Source: Synechococcus sp. UW140 (GTDB lineage Bacteria; Cyanobacteriota; Cyanobacteriia; PCC-6307; Cyanobiaceae). From it: a stretch of DNA of 64,000 nucleotides. Positions 8,539 through 16,834 of the stretch are shown piece by piece. Under the pieces are notes generated by a model. That model was not told the origin of the DNA. It made no database searches and saw only the letters and a program-made list of their open reading frames with translations. The DNA lies in assembly GCA_945861595.1 (NCBI GenBank), contig CAMAVE010000002.1, positions 8,946 through 72,945 on the forward strand, given 5' to 3'. Within the stretch, counting starts at the first letter, position 1; each line of letters starts with the position of its first letter. The position numbers and the translations under genes were made by a program.

Positions 8539-8585
8539 GGAGTGCTCAGGGCTAGATCCCGGCGGGATTCAGCCCTGAGCACTCC
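8539..8585 (-). terminator. Strong hairpin between the DUF2808-like gene and rpmH (terminator or insulator candidate)
   Basis: Perfect 15-bp inverted repeat GGAGTGCTCAGGGCT (8539-8553) / AGCCCTGAGCACTCC (8571-8585), extendable to 16 bp. The 17-nt spacer contains a second small inverted repeat. It starts 5 nt after the upstream gene's stop. There is no clear U-tract. Confidence 0.4.
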
Positions 8586-8590
8586 TGCGC

Positions 8591-9202
8591 TCAATTGCCC
8601 ACGGCCGGGTCAATCTGAATCAACCAGCTGCCCAGATAGCCCGAAATCGGCACCTCGCCCGGGGCCTGGGCCAGGGCGTTGAACTGATACATGCCGGCGT
8701 CAAAGGGATTCATCAAGTTCATGTAGACCCCAATCGTTTTGACATCCGGCACAGGCGTTTCGGGGAAGATTTCGATGGCCGTGCCATCGGCGGCAATCTC
8801 AATCGTGGCCGGGATCACCGATTCACACCTGGTGCGGGCCAGCATGCCACCTTCCTTCATGTAGCAGAGCTTCACCTGCTTGGGATCGATCTTGACGTTG
8901 AAGTACTTAGGCAGGGCAATGGTGAGCTTGAGGATGGCGGTCTGGCGGTCCTTGGGCCGCAGCAGTAGGTAATACTCCGACCACTTCAGCCGGGCCGTGT
9001 CGGTCATGAAGTAATAGAGCTTGCGATAATCCTTGGTGTTATCCCAACGGAATTCCATCAAGCTCGGTGTGGCCTGGGCTTGGGCAGGGCTTGGGCTCAG
9101 TACGGTGGCTAGGCCGGCAGCCAGGCCAAGGCCAGTCGCCAGGCCAAGGCCACTGGCAGCAAGGGCCGCAGGGGCCGCCAGACGGTGCAAAAATCGGGTC
9201 AT
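8591..9202 (-). CDS. DUF2808-like secreted protein
   Basis: Signal peptide MTRFLHRLAAPAALAASGLGLATG...AQA. The C-terminal part (VYMNLMNPFDAGMYQFNALAQAPGEVPISGYLGSWLIQI) resembles the cyanobacterial DUF2808 family. ATG at 9202. Confidence 0.5.
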   Translation of the reverse strand: MTRFLHRLAAPAALAASGLGLATGLGLAAGLATVLSPSPAQAQATPSLMEFRWDNTKDYRKLYYFMTDTARLKWSEYYLLLRPKDRQTAILKLTIALPKYFNVKIDPKQVKLCYMKEGGMLARTRCESVIPATIEIAADGTAIEIFPETPVPDVKTIGVYMNLMNPFDAGMYQFNALAQAPGEVPISGYLGSWLIQIDPAVGN

Positions 9203-9352
9203 GGTGTGGTGAGGAGAGGGCTGTCGCCCGGGCCATGGAGCCATCCCCCATTCTCGCCATTTGTTTCAGTTGACGGCGTCGACGGTGGGCGGCAGCGGAT
9301 CTGTCAGTTGGACCGCTGTAGCCAAAGGGGTGCCGAAGCGGTGCTCCCAGGC

Positions 9353-9784
9353 CTAGCCCTGGGGAGCCGATCCCTGGGGAGCCGATCCCTGGGGAGCCGT
9401 GGCCAGATCGGGCCGCAGCCGGCTGGCCTCGCGCAGGTAGGCATGGCCCACCGGCTGGCCTGCCGCCAGCCAGGCATGGGCCAGCAGGCGGATGCAACGG
9501 GGCAGGTCCCCGACCACGGCCATCTGCTGGCAATCGAGCAGCGCAACCCCATCCCAACCGGCCCGTCGCCGGGCAATGGCCGCGGGGAAACAGGCATCGA
9601 GATCGGCCGTCACCGAAAAGGTGATTGACACCAACTGCTCGGGCTCCAGGCCATTGCGCTCGACCAGCGCATCGAGCAGTTCGGCCACCGCTGCGCCAAT
9701 CGCTGCGGTGCTATTGGCGGAGGCCGTGGTGGCGCCGCGCAGGGCGCGGAGCTGGGGGCTGGTGCCCTGGGGGGTCCCGCTCAT
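9353..9784 (-). CDS. aroH: Chorismate mutase, AroH class, with a repeat-encoded C-terminal tail
   Basis: LRALRGATT ... LVSITFSVTADLDACFPAAIARR ... LLDCQQM match the AroH-type fold. ATG 9784 overlaps the sppA stop (ATGA). The last 15 aa, (SAPQG)n, come from a 15-bp tandem repeat. Confidence 0.75.
   Translation of the reverse strand: MSGTPQGTSPQLRALRGATTASANSTAAIGAAVAELLDALVERNGLEPEQLVSITFSVTADLDACFPAAIARRRAGWDGVALLDCQQMAVVGDLPRCIRLLAHAWLAAGQPVGHAYLREASRLRPDLATAPQGSAPQGSAPQG
9357..9401. repeat. 15-bp tandem repeat x3 at the 3' end of aroH
   Basis: CCCTGGGGAGCCGAT at 9357-9371 and 9372-9386 (identical), and CCCTGGGGAGCCGTG at 9387-9401 (13/15). Confidence 0.9.
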
Positions 9785-10593
9785 GGCCGGTACAGCCAAA
9801 GGGGCACACCGCTCCAGGCCAGCTCCAGGCTCAGGGCCTGGCGCAGCTCCCGGGCCAGGGCCCGGCCCGGGATCAGGCCGCCAAAACGCTTCGGCGGCTT
9901 GCCGAAGGTCACCGGCCTGGTCTTCTCCTCATCGAGGCCGGCGAGGCGGGCCGCCAGGCGCCGGGCGTGGTCCTCATCGCCCAGTTCATCAACCAGGCCC
10001 AGCTCTAGGGCCTGGGCGCCACTGAACACCCGGCCGTCGGCGAAGCCGCGCACCCGCTCCTCCTCCAGCTGGCGACCCGCCGCCACCGCCGCCACGAACT
10101 GGCCATAGCTGCTGTCGATCAACGACTGCAGCAACGCCCGTTCATCGGCGCTCAGGGCCCGATCCGGCGAAAGGATGTCCTTGTAAAGGCCGCTTTTGAC
10201 GGTTTCAAAGCTGATGCCGATGCGCTTCAACAGCTTCGAGAGGTTGTTGCCCCGCAGGATCACGCCGATCGAGCCAGTGATGGTGCCGGGATTGGCGACG
10301 ATTGTTTCGGCCGCCACCCCCACGTACACGCCGCCTGAGGCCGAGATGTTGCCAAAACTGGCCACCACCCGGCAGCCCTGGCTGCGCAGCCGGCCAATGG
10401 CGCTGTGGATCTCCTGGCTATCACCCACGGTGCCGCCGGGGCTATCAATGCGCAGCAGCAAGGCCGGGCACTGGCGCTGCTCCACCTGGCGCAGGGCCTT
10501 GAGAACCCGCTCGCGGGTGGGGCCGGCAATGGCCCCCTCGATGGCAATCCTCGCCAGGGTTCGGCGGGATTTGCGGCGCCAGGGCCAGACCAT
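9781..10593 (-). CDS. sppA: Signal peptide peptidase SppA (36K type, S49 family)
   Basis: IAIEGAIAG, ISASGGVYV (catalytic Ser region) and GSIGV motifs. ATG 10593 (MVWPWRRKSRR) is preferred; the track start is 10644. Confidence 0.8.
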   Translation of the reverse strand: MVWPWRRKSRRTLARIAIEGAIAGPTRERVLKALRQVEQRQCPALLLRIDSPGGTVGDSQEIHSAIGRLRSQGCRVVASFGNISASGGVYVGVAAETIVANPGTITGSIGVILRGNNLSKLLKRIGISFETVKSGLYKDILSPDRALSADERALLQSLIDSSYGQFVAAVAAGRQLEEERVRGFADGRVFSGAQALELGLVDELGDEDHARRLAARLAGLDEEKTRPVTFGKPPKRFGGLIPGRALARELRQALSLELAWSGVPLWLYRP

Positions 10594-10632
10594 CAGGTCA
10601 CTGCACAGTCGTTGGATCTTAAAAAGGGGGCC

Positions 10633-11586
10633 GTGGGCTGGCAAAAGCTTTTGGTGCTGCGCTGGCTGTTGATGGTGTTGCCCTTTGCCCTCTGGGGCAC
10701 GGCGATGGCGGCGATGAAGCCCCTGCTGACGGGGGCCACCCCCCTGACCATCGCCTGGATGCGCCTGCTACCAGCGGGTTTGCTGCTTCTGGTGGTGGCG
10801 GTGCTGAGCGGTCGCTCCCTGGCGGTGGCCGCGGCCGATCGGCCCTGGTTGCTGCTGTTTGCCCTGGTCGACGGCACCCTGTTTCAAGGCCTGCTCACCC
10901 AGGGGTTGGGCGACACGGGCGCCGCCCTGGGCTCGGTGTTGATCGATTCCCAACCCCTGGCCGTGGCCCTGTTGGCCAGGCTGTTGTTCGGTGAGGCGAT
11001 CAACCCGGTGGGCTGGCTGGGCCTGCTGGTGGGCCTGGCCGGCATCGCCTGCCTGGGCCTGCCGGGGCCGTTGCTGCGCCATTGGTTGCTGGAGGGCCCC
11101 CAGCTCCTGGGCGGCCATCCCTGGAACCAGGGGGAGCTCTGGATGCTGGGGGCGGCCATGGCCATGGCCGTGGGCACGGTGCTCTGCCGCTACGCCTGCC
11201 GCCACACCGATGCCCTAGTGATCACGGGCTGGCACCTACTGATCGGGGCCCTGCCCCTCCTGGCCACCTGCCTGCTGCGGCCCGCCTTCGATCCGGCGGC
11301 GGCGCCCTTCTGGCCCGCCTGGAGCGGAGTCGATTGGGCCCTAATGGCCTACGCCAGCCTGTTGGGTAGCGGCCTGGCCTACGGCCTGTTTTTCTGGTTT
11401 GCCAGCAGCGGCGATCTCACCAGCTTCACCGCGCTGACCTTCCTCACCCCCCTGTTTGCCCTGCTCTGCGGCCTGGCCCTGCTGGGCGAAAGCCTCAAAC
11501 CGGTGCAATGGTTGGGGGCCGCCCTGGCCCTGGTTTCGGTGGCCCTGATCAATCGGCGCCGCCAGCTCTGGGAGCCCCAACCGTGA
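10633..11586 (+). CDS. EamA/DMT-family transporter (10 TM)
   Basis: PFALWGTAMAAMK N-terminal motif and two EamA-like halves. The first roughly 76 codons of the track ORF (10405..) are antisense to sppA. Candidate starts are GTG 10633 or ATG 10672. Confidence 0.7.
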   Translation: MGWQKLLVLRWLLMVLPFALWGTAMAAMKPLLTGATPLTIAWMRLLPAGLLLLVVAVLSGRSLAVAAADRPWLLLFALVDGTLFQGLLTQGLGDTGAALGSVLIDSQPLAVALLARLLFGEAINPVGWLGLLVGLAGIACLGLPGPLLRHWLLEGPQLLGGHPWNQGELWMLGAAMAMAVGTVLCRYACRHTDALVITGWHLLIGALPLLATCLLRPAFDPAAAPFWPAWSGVDWALMAYASLLGSGLAYGLFFWFASSGDLTSFTALTFLTPLFALLCGLALLGESLKPVQWLGAALALVSVALINRRRQLWEPQP

Positions 11587-12689
11587 TGCGCATCCTGGTG
11601 GTGACGACGCCGGTCGGTTGCCTCGGCAGCGGCCGCGGCGGCGGGGTTGAACTCACCTTGACCTCCCTGGTGGCGGGGCTACTGGAGCGGGGCCACCAGC
11701 TCACCGTGTTGGCGGGCGAGGGATCGCGGCTGGCGCCCGCCTGCAGCGCCGCCCGGCTCTGGACCTGCCCTGGGGTGGACCAACCCAGCTGGCAGCACCA
11801 ACGGCGCGATGCCGCGATCACCATGCCCAATCGGGCCCTACTGCCCAGGCTCTGGCAGCGCGCCCTGGCCGAGCAGCAGCACTTTGATGTCCTGCTCAAC
11901 CTGGCCTACGACTGGCTCCCCCTCTGGCTAACGCCCCAATGCCAAACGCCCCTGTTCCATCTGGTGAGCATGGGATCGGTGGCTGAGGTGATGGACACTG
12001 CCATCGCCGAGGTGGCCGGCTGGAACCAGGCCCGGCTCGCCTTCCATAGCCATGCCCAGGCCGCCGATTTCAACCTGCCCGGCCCGCCCCTGGTGGTGGG
12101 CAATGGCTTTGACCTGGCCGCCTACAGCTTTTGCGCCGATCCCGAGCCCCTGTTGGGCTGGGTGGGACGCATCGCCCCAGAAAAGGGCCTCGAAGATGCG
12201 GCGGCCGTGGCGGCCCAGCTGGGCCTGCGCCTGGCGATCTGGGGCCTGGTGGAGGATCCCGCCTACGCGGCGGCCGTGGAGGGCTCCGTGCCGGCCGGCT
12301 GCCTCGACTGGCGCGGCTTCCTGCCCACCGCCCAGCTCCAGGCTGAACTGGGCCGCTGCCTGGTGCTGATCAACACGCCGAAATGGAATGAGGCCTACGG
12401 CAATGTGGTGGTGGAAGCGATGGCCTGCGGGGTGCCCGTGGTGGCCTACCGCCGCGGCGGTCCCGGCGAGCTAGTGGAGCCCGGTGTCAATGGCCTGCTG
12501 GTGCCCGCCGATGACGTGGCGGCCCTGGCCCAGGCCGTGCTGGCGAGCGCCTCGATTGAGCGGCGCCACTGCCGTCAGTGGGCCGAAACCCACGCGTCGC
12601 GAGCCGCTTTCGCCATACGCATCGAGCGCTGGCTGCTGGCGGAGTTGGCCCCTGGCGGCGGGGGGATTGGTCTTGGAGTCGGGCGATAG
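11586..12689 (+). CDS. Glycosyltransferase, GT-B fold (family 1/4-like)
   Basis: MRILVVTTPVG N-terminus and the C-terminal E-x7-E region EAYGNVVVEAMACGVPVVAYRRGGPGELV. ATG 11586 shares one nt with the stop of the EamA gene (TGATG). Confidence 0.8.
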   Translation: MRILVVTTPVGCLGSGRGGGVELTLTSLVAGLLERGHQLTVLAGEGSRLAPACSAARLWTCPGVDQPSWQHQRRDAAITMPNRALLPRLWQRALAEQQHFDVLLNLAYDWLPLWLTPQCQTPLFHLVSMGSVAEVMDTAIAEVAGWNQARLAFHSHAQAADFNLPGPPLVVGNGFDLAAYSFCADPEPLLGWVGRIAPEKGLEDAAAVAAQLGLRLAIWGLVEDPAYAAAVEGSVPAGCLDWRGFLPTAQLQAELGRCLVLINTPKWNEAYGNVVVEAMACGVPVVAYRRGGPGELVEPGVNGLLVPADDVAALAQAVLASASIERRHCRQWAETHASRAAFAIRIERWLLAELAPGGGGIGLGVGR

Positions 12690-12721
12690 GTTCCCCTCCT
12701 GCGTCCCCTTGCCTGAGCGCC

Positions 12722-14584
12722 GTGTCCCTTGAGCGTCCATCGCCCCAGGTCCGGCGCCGCGTCTTGCTACTGGTGCTGGCCTGCGGCCTTGCCCTGTTCC
12801 TCTGGCGGTTGGGCAGCTCGGGCCTAGTGGATGAAACGCCGCCCCTCTTTGCCGCCTCGGCCCGGGCCATGGCCGAGACCGGCGACTGGCTTACCCCCCG
12901 GGTCAATGGCCTACCCCGTTACGACAAACCGCCGCTCGTCTACTGGCTGATGGGCTTGGGCTACCTGCTGCCCGGCCAGTCGCTCTGGAATCCCCTCGGC
13001 TCCTGGGCGGCCAGCCTGCCCTCGGCCCTCTCCAGCGTGGGGGTGATGCTGGCCCTGGCGGCCACCCTGCTGCGCTGGCCCCAGCCCTCGCCAGCAGCGG
13101 CCCCGAAGGGAGTTGCGAGCTCCAGCCGATCTGCCCTCACGGCCTTCAGCGCTGCCCTGGCCTTCGCCCTCTCGCCCCTGGTGTTGATCTGGAGCCGGGT
13201 GGCGGTGAGCGATTCCCTATTCACGGGCACCCTGGCCCTGAGCTTGCTGCTCTTCTGGCGCCGCTACGCCGAGTCCGAAACCCAGCCCTGGTGGCCCGGT
13301 TGGCTGCTGCTCGGCCTGGCGGTACTCACCAAGGGGCCCGTTGCCCTGGTGCTGGTGGGGCTGACCCTCGCCCTCTTCGCCTGCTGGCAGGGCCAGACCA
13401 GGCTGCTGATCCGGCTGTGGCGACCCTGGCCAGGCCTGTTGATCTCGGCCGCCGTGGCCCTGCCCTGGTATGGCGCCGAGCTGCTGGTGGAGGGGGAACC
13501 CTTCTGGCAAAGCTTCTTTGGCTATCACAACCTGCAGCGCTTCACCTCGGTGGTGAACCACCACCTGCAGCCCTGGTGGTTTTTCGTGCCGATGCTGGTG
13601 GTGGCCAGCCTGCCGTTCACGCCCCTCTTAGTGCTGGGGCTGGCCCAGGCCCTGGCCCGGGGGCGGCGCCAACCGGCCAGCGCCTCCCTGGGCCCGTTTG
13701 CCGCCTGCTGGTTGTTGGTGGTGTTTGGCTTTTTCACCCTGGCCGCCACCAAACTGCCCAGCTACTGGCTGCCCGCCACCCCGGCCGCCGGAGTGCTGAT
13801 CGGTCTGGCCGCCCAAGATCTCCTCGCCTGGCACAATCCGGCCCATCCGGGGGCGTCCCTCTGGCGGGGCCGGCTGGTGTGGCTGGCCACCTTGGCCCTG
13901 ACGGCCGTGCTTTGCCTGGGGCTGGTCGGTTCGGCCCACTGGATTCCCCTGATCCAGGACCCGGAGATGCCCACCCTGCCGGCGGAGATGCTGGCCAGTG
14001 GGCTGGTGGTGCGGGCGGGACTCTGCTTCGGCCTGGCCGTGGGCCTGGCCCTAGCCCTGGCCTGGAGCCGCTGGCGGCCGGCCTGGCTGGCGGCCATGCA
14101 GTTAGCCCTGGTGCTGTTTGGCGTTTCGGCCTTGGAACCGCTGATGGAGCTAGGCGATCGGGTGCGCCAGCTGCCGGTGCGCCAGATCGCCGCCGAGGTG
14201 GTGCGCCTGCGTCGCCCCGGCGAACCCCTGGCCATGGTTGGCACCCTGAAACCCTCGCTGCATTACTACACGCGCCAAGTGGTGATCTTTGAGGGCCTGC
14301 GGGGCTACGGGTTGGTCAACTTGGCGGATCGGCTCGCGCGGGAATGGCGCCGGGGCCAGAGCCCCAGTGCCGCCATCGAGGGCAACACGGTTCTGGTGGT
14401 GATTGATCGCGACACCAGCCGCCTGGCCTATTGGCAACCCGTGGCCCACCAAACCCTGGCCCGCTACGGGCTCTACCAGCTCTGGCGAGTCGATCGCCTG
14501 GAGCTAGCCCGCCAGGCCCAGGCCCTTAAAGACAACTTTGCCGTGACGGCGAACTGGCAGGAGCCGCGGCCGGAGCGCTACTGA
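12722..14584 (+). CDS. ArnT/PMT-like glycosyltransferase (family 39), polytopic membrane protein
   Basis: DETPPLFAASARAM...RYDKPPLVYWLMG motif region plus about 12 hydrophobic helices. There is no in-frame ATG near the N-terminus. In-frame GTG at 12722 lies 33 nt after the upstream stop. Confidence 0.7.
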   Translation: MSLERPSPQVRRRVLLLVLACGLALFLWRLGSSGLVDETPPLFAASARAMAETGDWLTPRVNGLPRYDKPPLVYWLMGLGYLLPGQSLWNPLGSWAASLPSALSSVGVMLALAATLLRWPQPSPAAAPKGVASSSRSALTAFSAALAFALSPLVLIWSRVAVSDSLFTGTLALSLLLFWRRYAESETQPWWPGWLLLGLAVLTKGPVALVLVGLTLALFACWQGQTRLLIRLWRPWPGLLISAAVALPWYGAELLVEGEPFWQSFFGYHNLQRFTSVVNHHLQPWWFFVPMLVVASLPFTPLLVLGLAQALARGRRQPASASLGPFAACWLLVVFGFFTLAATKLPSYWLPATPAAGVLIGLAAQDLLAWHNPAHPGASLWRGRLVWLATLALTAVLCLGLVGSAHWIPLIQDPEMPTLPAEMLASGLVVRAGLCFGLAVGLALALAWSRWRPAWLAAMQLALVLFGVSALEPLMELGDRVRQLPVRQIAAEVVRLRRPGEPLAMVGTLKPSLHYYTRQVVIFEGLRGYGLVNLADRLAREWRRGQSPSAAIEGNTVLVVIDRDTSRLAYWQPVAHQTLARYGLYQLWRVDRLELARQAQALKDNFAVTANWQEPRPERY

Positions 14585-14621
14585 ACCCGAACCCAGCCAG
14601 GGCAGACCATTCGCCTGGGCC

Positions 14622-15212
14622 TCAGCCAGGGGCCGAACTCTCCCCATCCCCGGCCCTCTCGCCTGGGGCGTCTTGCAGCTGCTCGGGCAGCAGGCCGGAT
14701 TCATGGCGCTGGCAAAAGCTGCAATGGCCCCAGCGCCCCATTTCGCCATTGGGAGCGGGGCGACCGCAGTTGGGGCAGGTGCCAAGGCCATGGACATCGA
14801 CCCGGCTGGGGTGGGCTGCCCAGATCGCCGCTTCACTGAGGGCCCCGGCGGTCTGGCCGGCGGCGGGATAGTGCAGCTGGATCGTGAGATCCCGCACGCT
14901 GAAACCGGCTCCCCGCAGGGCTCCTAGCAGTTGGTGCTTGTTGTAACGCAGGGCTTGGAGCCACTGGGGATGGCTAGCTCCCACCGCCAGTCGTCCGGAA
15001 CGCAGGCTGAGGGGCCGGCAGTGGGGCGCCAGCTGGGGGCCGGCGATCTTGGGCCAGGCCTGCCACAGGGCGGCCAGGTTGCCGGCGGCACGCCATTCCC
15101 CCTGCAACTGGGCCAGACAACTGGCCAGCGGGCTGGCTGATGCCGGCGGAGCCGGCATTAGCAGGGTGACGGAACCCTGGCGTCGACTTTGGTTTCGAGG
15201 GGCGATCGCCAT
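14622..15212 (-). CDS. DUF721 (DciA-like) domain protein with a C-terminal zinc ribbon
   Basis: LAALWQAWPKIAGPQLAPHCRPLSLRSGRLAVGASHPQWLQALRYNKHQLL fits DUF721. The C-terminus carries CPNCGRP...CSFC. Confidence 0.6.
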   Translation of the reverse strand: MAIAPRNQSRRQGSVTLLMPAPPASASPLASCLAQLQGEWRAAGNLAALWQAWPKIAGPQLAPHCRPLSLRSGRLAVGASHPQWLQALRYNKHQLLGALRGAGFSVRDLTIQLHYPAAGQTAGALSEAAIWAAHPSRVDVHGLGTCPNCGRPAPNGEMGRWGHCSFCQRHESGLLPEQLQDAPGERAGDGESSAPG

Positions 15213-15320
15213 GGGGCCAGGCTAAGGGGGCTGACCGGCTCGGTCAGGGGCAAAACAGGAGGCAGGCGGGCCGATGTCCCCTTGATGGAGTTTGCCCTGG
15301 GTTTCTGCGTTGTCCCTCGA

Positions 15321-15380
15321 TTGCAGCGCGGCACATTGAACCGCGATCCGTTGAATCGCGGCACATTGGATCGCGGCGAG
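15321..15380. promoter_or_regulatory. Tandem 30-bp duplication carrying four TTGNANCGCG sites in the DUF721/vipp1 divergent intergenic region
   Basis: Unit 1 is 15321-15350 and unit 2 is 15351-15380 (22/30 identical by hand alignment). Sites: TTGCAGCGCG 15321, TTGAACCGCG 15337, TTGAATCGCG 15351, TTGGATCGCG 15367, with spacing 16/14/16. Confidence 0.45.
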
Positions 15381-15512
15381 AAGGGATCCCCAGCACGCCG
15401 CAACGCTCCCTTGGCAGCCCCCGTGCCAGGGATTGGCCAGGAGTTGGGGATCCGCTCTGGTTAAGCAGCCCCGGTGCTGGCTAACCTCAGATTCTGCGCC
15501 TGCATCAAGTTC

Positions 15513-16289
15513 ATGGGTTTCTTTGCTCGCCTTAGCCGTCTGGTGCGGGCCAACGCCAACGCGGTGCTGAGCAGCGCCGAAGATCCCGGCAAAATCCTCG
15601 ACCAATCGGTAGCGGACATGCAGGAGGAGCTGGTGAAGCTCCGCCAGGCCGTGGCCACCGCCATCGCCAGCCAGAAACGCATCCAGAACCAGGCCGAACA
15701 GGCCGGCACGCAGGCCAAAACCTGGTACGAGCGGGCCGAGCTGGCCCTGCAAAAGGGCGAGGAAGACCTGGCCCGCGAAGCCCTTACCCGCCGCAAGACC
15801 TACCAGGACACCGCCGACGCCCTCAACACCCAGCTGCAGAGCCAGTCGGGCCAGGTGGAGTCGCTCAAAAAAAGCCTGATGGGCCTCGAAGGCAAGATCG
15901 CCGAGGCTCGCACCAAGAAGGACATGCTCAAGGCCCGGGCCCAGGCGGCCAAGGCCCAGGAACAACTGCAAAGCGCCGTCAGCGGCCTCGGCACCGACGG
16001 CGCCATGGCGGCCTTCGAGCAGATGGAAGAAAAAGTGCAGGTGCTGGAGGCCCGCAGCCAGGCGGCTGCCGAGCTGGCCGGTGCCGACCTGGAAAGCCAG
16101 TTCCAAGCCCTGCAGGGCGGCAGCGACGTGGATGACGAACTGGCCGCCCTCAAGACCCGCATCTCGGGCGCGCCTGCCCCGGTATCCCTGCCGGCGGCCG
16201 ATGCGCCCCTGCCCAAGCTGGAGCCCGTCAAGGTGGCCGAGGTCGACAGCGAACTGGACGCCCTGAAGCGCTCGATCGACAAACTCTGA
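15513..16289 (+). CDS. vipp1: Vipp1 / IM30 (PspA family) membrane-remodelling protein
   Basis: MGFFARLSRLVRANANAVLSSAEDPGKILDQSVADMQEELVKLRQAVA is the canonical PspA/Vipp1 N-terminus. Coiled-coil body plus the Vipp1-type C-terminal extension. Confidence 0.9.
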   Translation: MGFFARLSRLVRANANAVLSSAEDPGKILDQSVADMQEELVKLRQAVATAIASQKRIQNQAEQAGTQAKTWYERAELALQKGEEDLAREALTRRKTYQDTADALNTQLQSQSGQVESLKKSLMGLEGKIAEARTKKDMLKARAQAAKAQEQLQSAVSGLGTDGAMAAFEQMEEKVQVLEARSQAAAELAGADLESQFQALQGGSDVDDELAALKTRISGAPAPVSLPAADAPLPKLEPVKVAEVDSELDALKRSIDKL

Positions 16290-16501
16290 GGTCAGGCCCG
16301 CAAGCCCCTTAGAACCGGGCCCGCCCGTAGCCCTTTCCAGGCAAACCCTGCCCAGGGACCCTTTGGCTGCCAAAGCGGCTAAGGGCTTCCGGACCAGCGG
16401 CCCCCGAGCCGCCCCTAGGGGCATCCATCAGGCCACCGATCGGGCGGGGTTCGGGCTCTGGGGCCCCCTTCCTAGAATCGCGCTCAACGCAATCCCAGGC
16501 C

Positions 16502-16834
16502 GTGGCCGAAGCCCCCACCGTCGTCGCCCTCAGCGACGCCACCTTTGAAGCCGAGGTGCTGGCCGCCCCCACCCCCGTGCTGGTGGATGTCTGGGCCCCC
16601 TGGTGCGGGCCCTGTCGGCTGATGGCTCCGCTCATGGATTGGGCCGCTGGCGAATATGCCGGCCGGTTGGTCGTCACCAAGCTGGAGGCCGACCCCAATC
16701 CGCTGAGCCGCGACGCTTGCCAAATCCAGGGGTTACCCACCCTGATGGTGTTCAAGGGCGGCGTTGAGATCGCCCGCCACGAGGGCGCCATGGCCAAGCC
16801 CCAGCTGCAGGCCTTCCTGGATGCCCATCTCTGA
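16502..16834 (+). CDS. trxA: Thioredoxin
   Basis: VLVDVWAPWCGPCR active site and GLPTLMVFKGG. GTG start. Confidence 0.9.
   Translation: MAEAPTVVALSDATFEAEVLAAPTPVLVDVWAPWCGPCRLMAPLMDWAAGEYAGRLVVTKLEADPNPLSRDACQIQGLPTLMVFKGGVEIARHEGAMAKPQLQAFLDAHL

Noticed and set aside
8539-8585. Possible CIRCE (HrcA operator), because the arms contain GAGTGCT / AGCACTC
   Set aside because: CIRCE is TTAGCACTC-N9-GAGTGCTAA. Here the half-sites are in the opposite order, the spacer is 17 nt, the TTA/TAA ends are missing, and no chaperone gene is adjacent.
15222-16424. 400-aa ORF on the minus strand
   Set aside because: It is fully antisense to the unmistakable vipp1 gene. Its composition (G/A/L/R-rich) is what a GC-rich antisense frame produces, and it has no recognisable motif.
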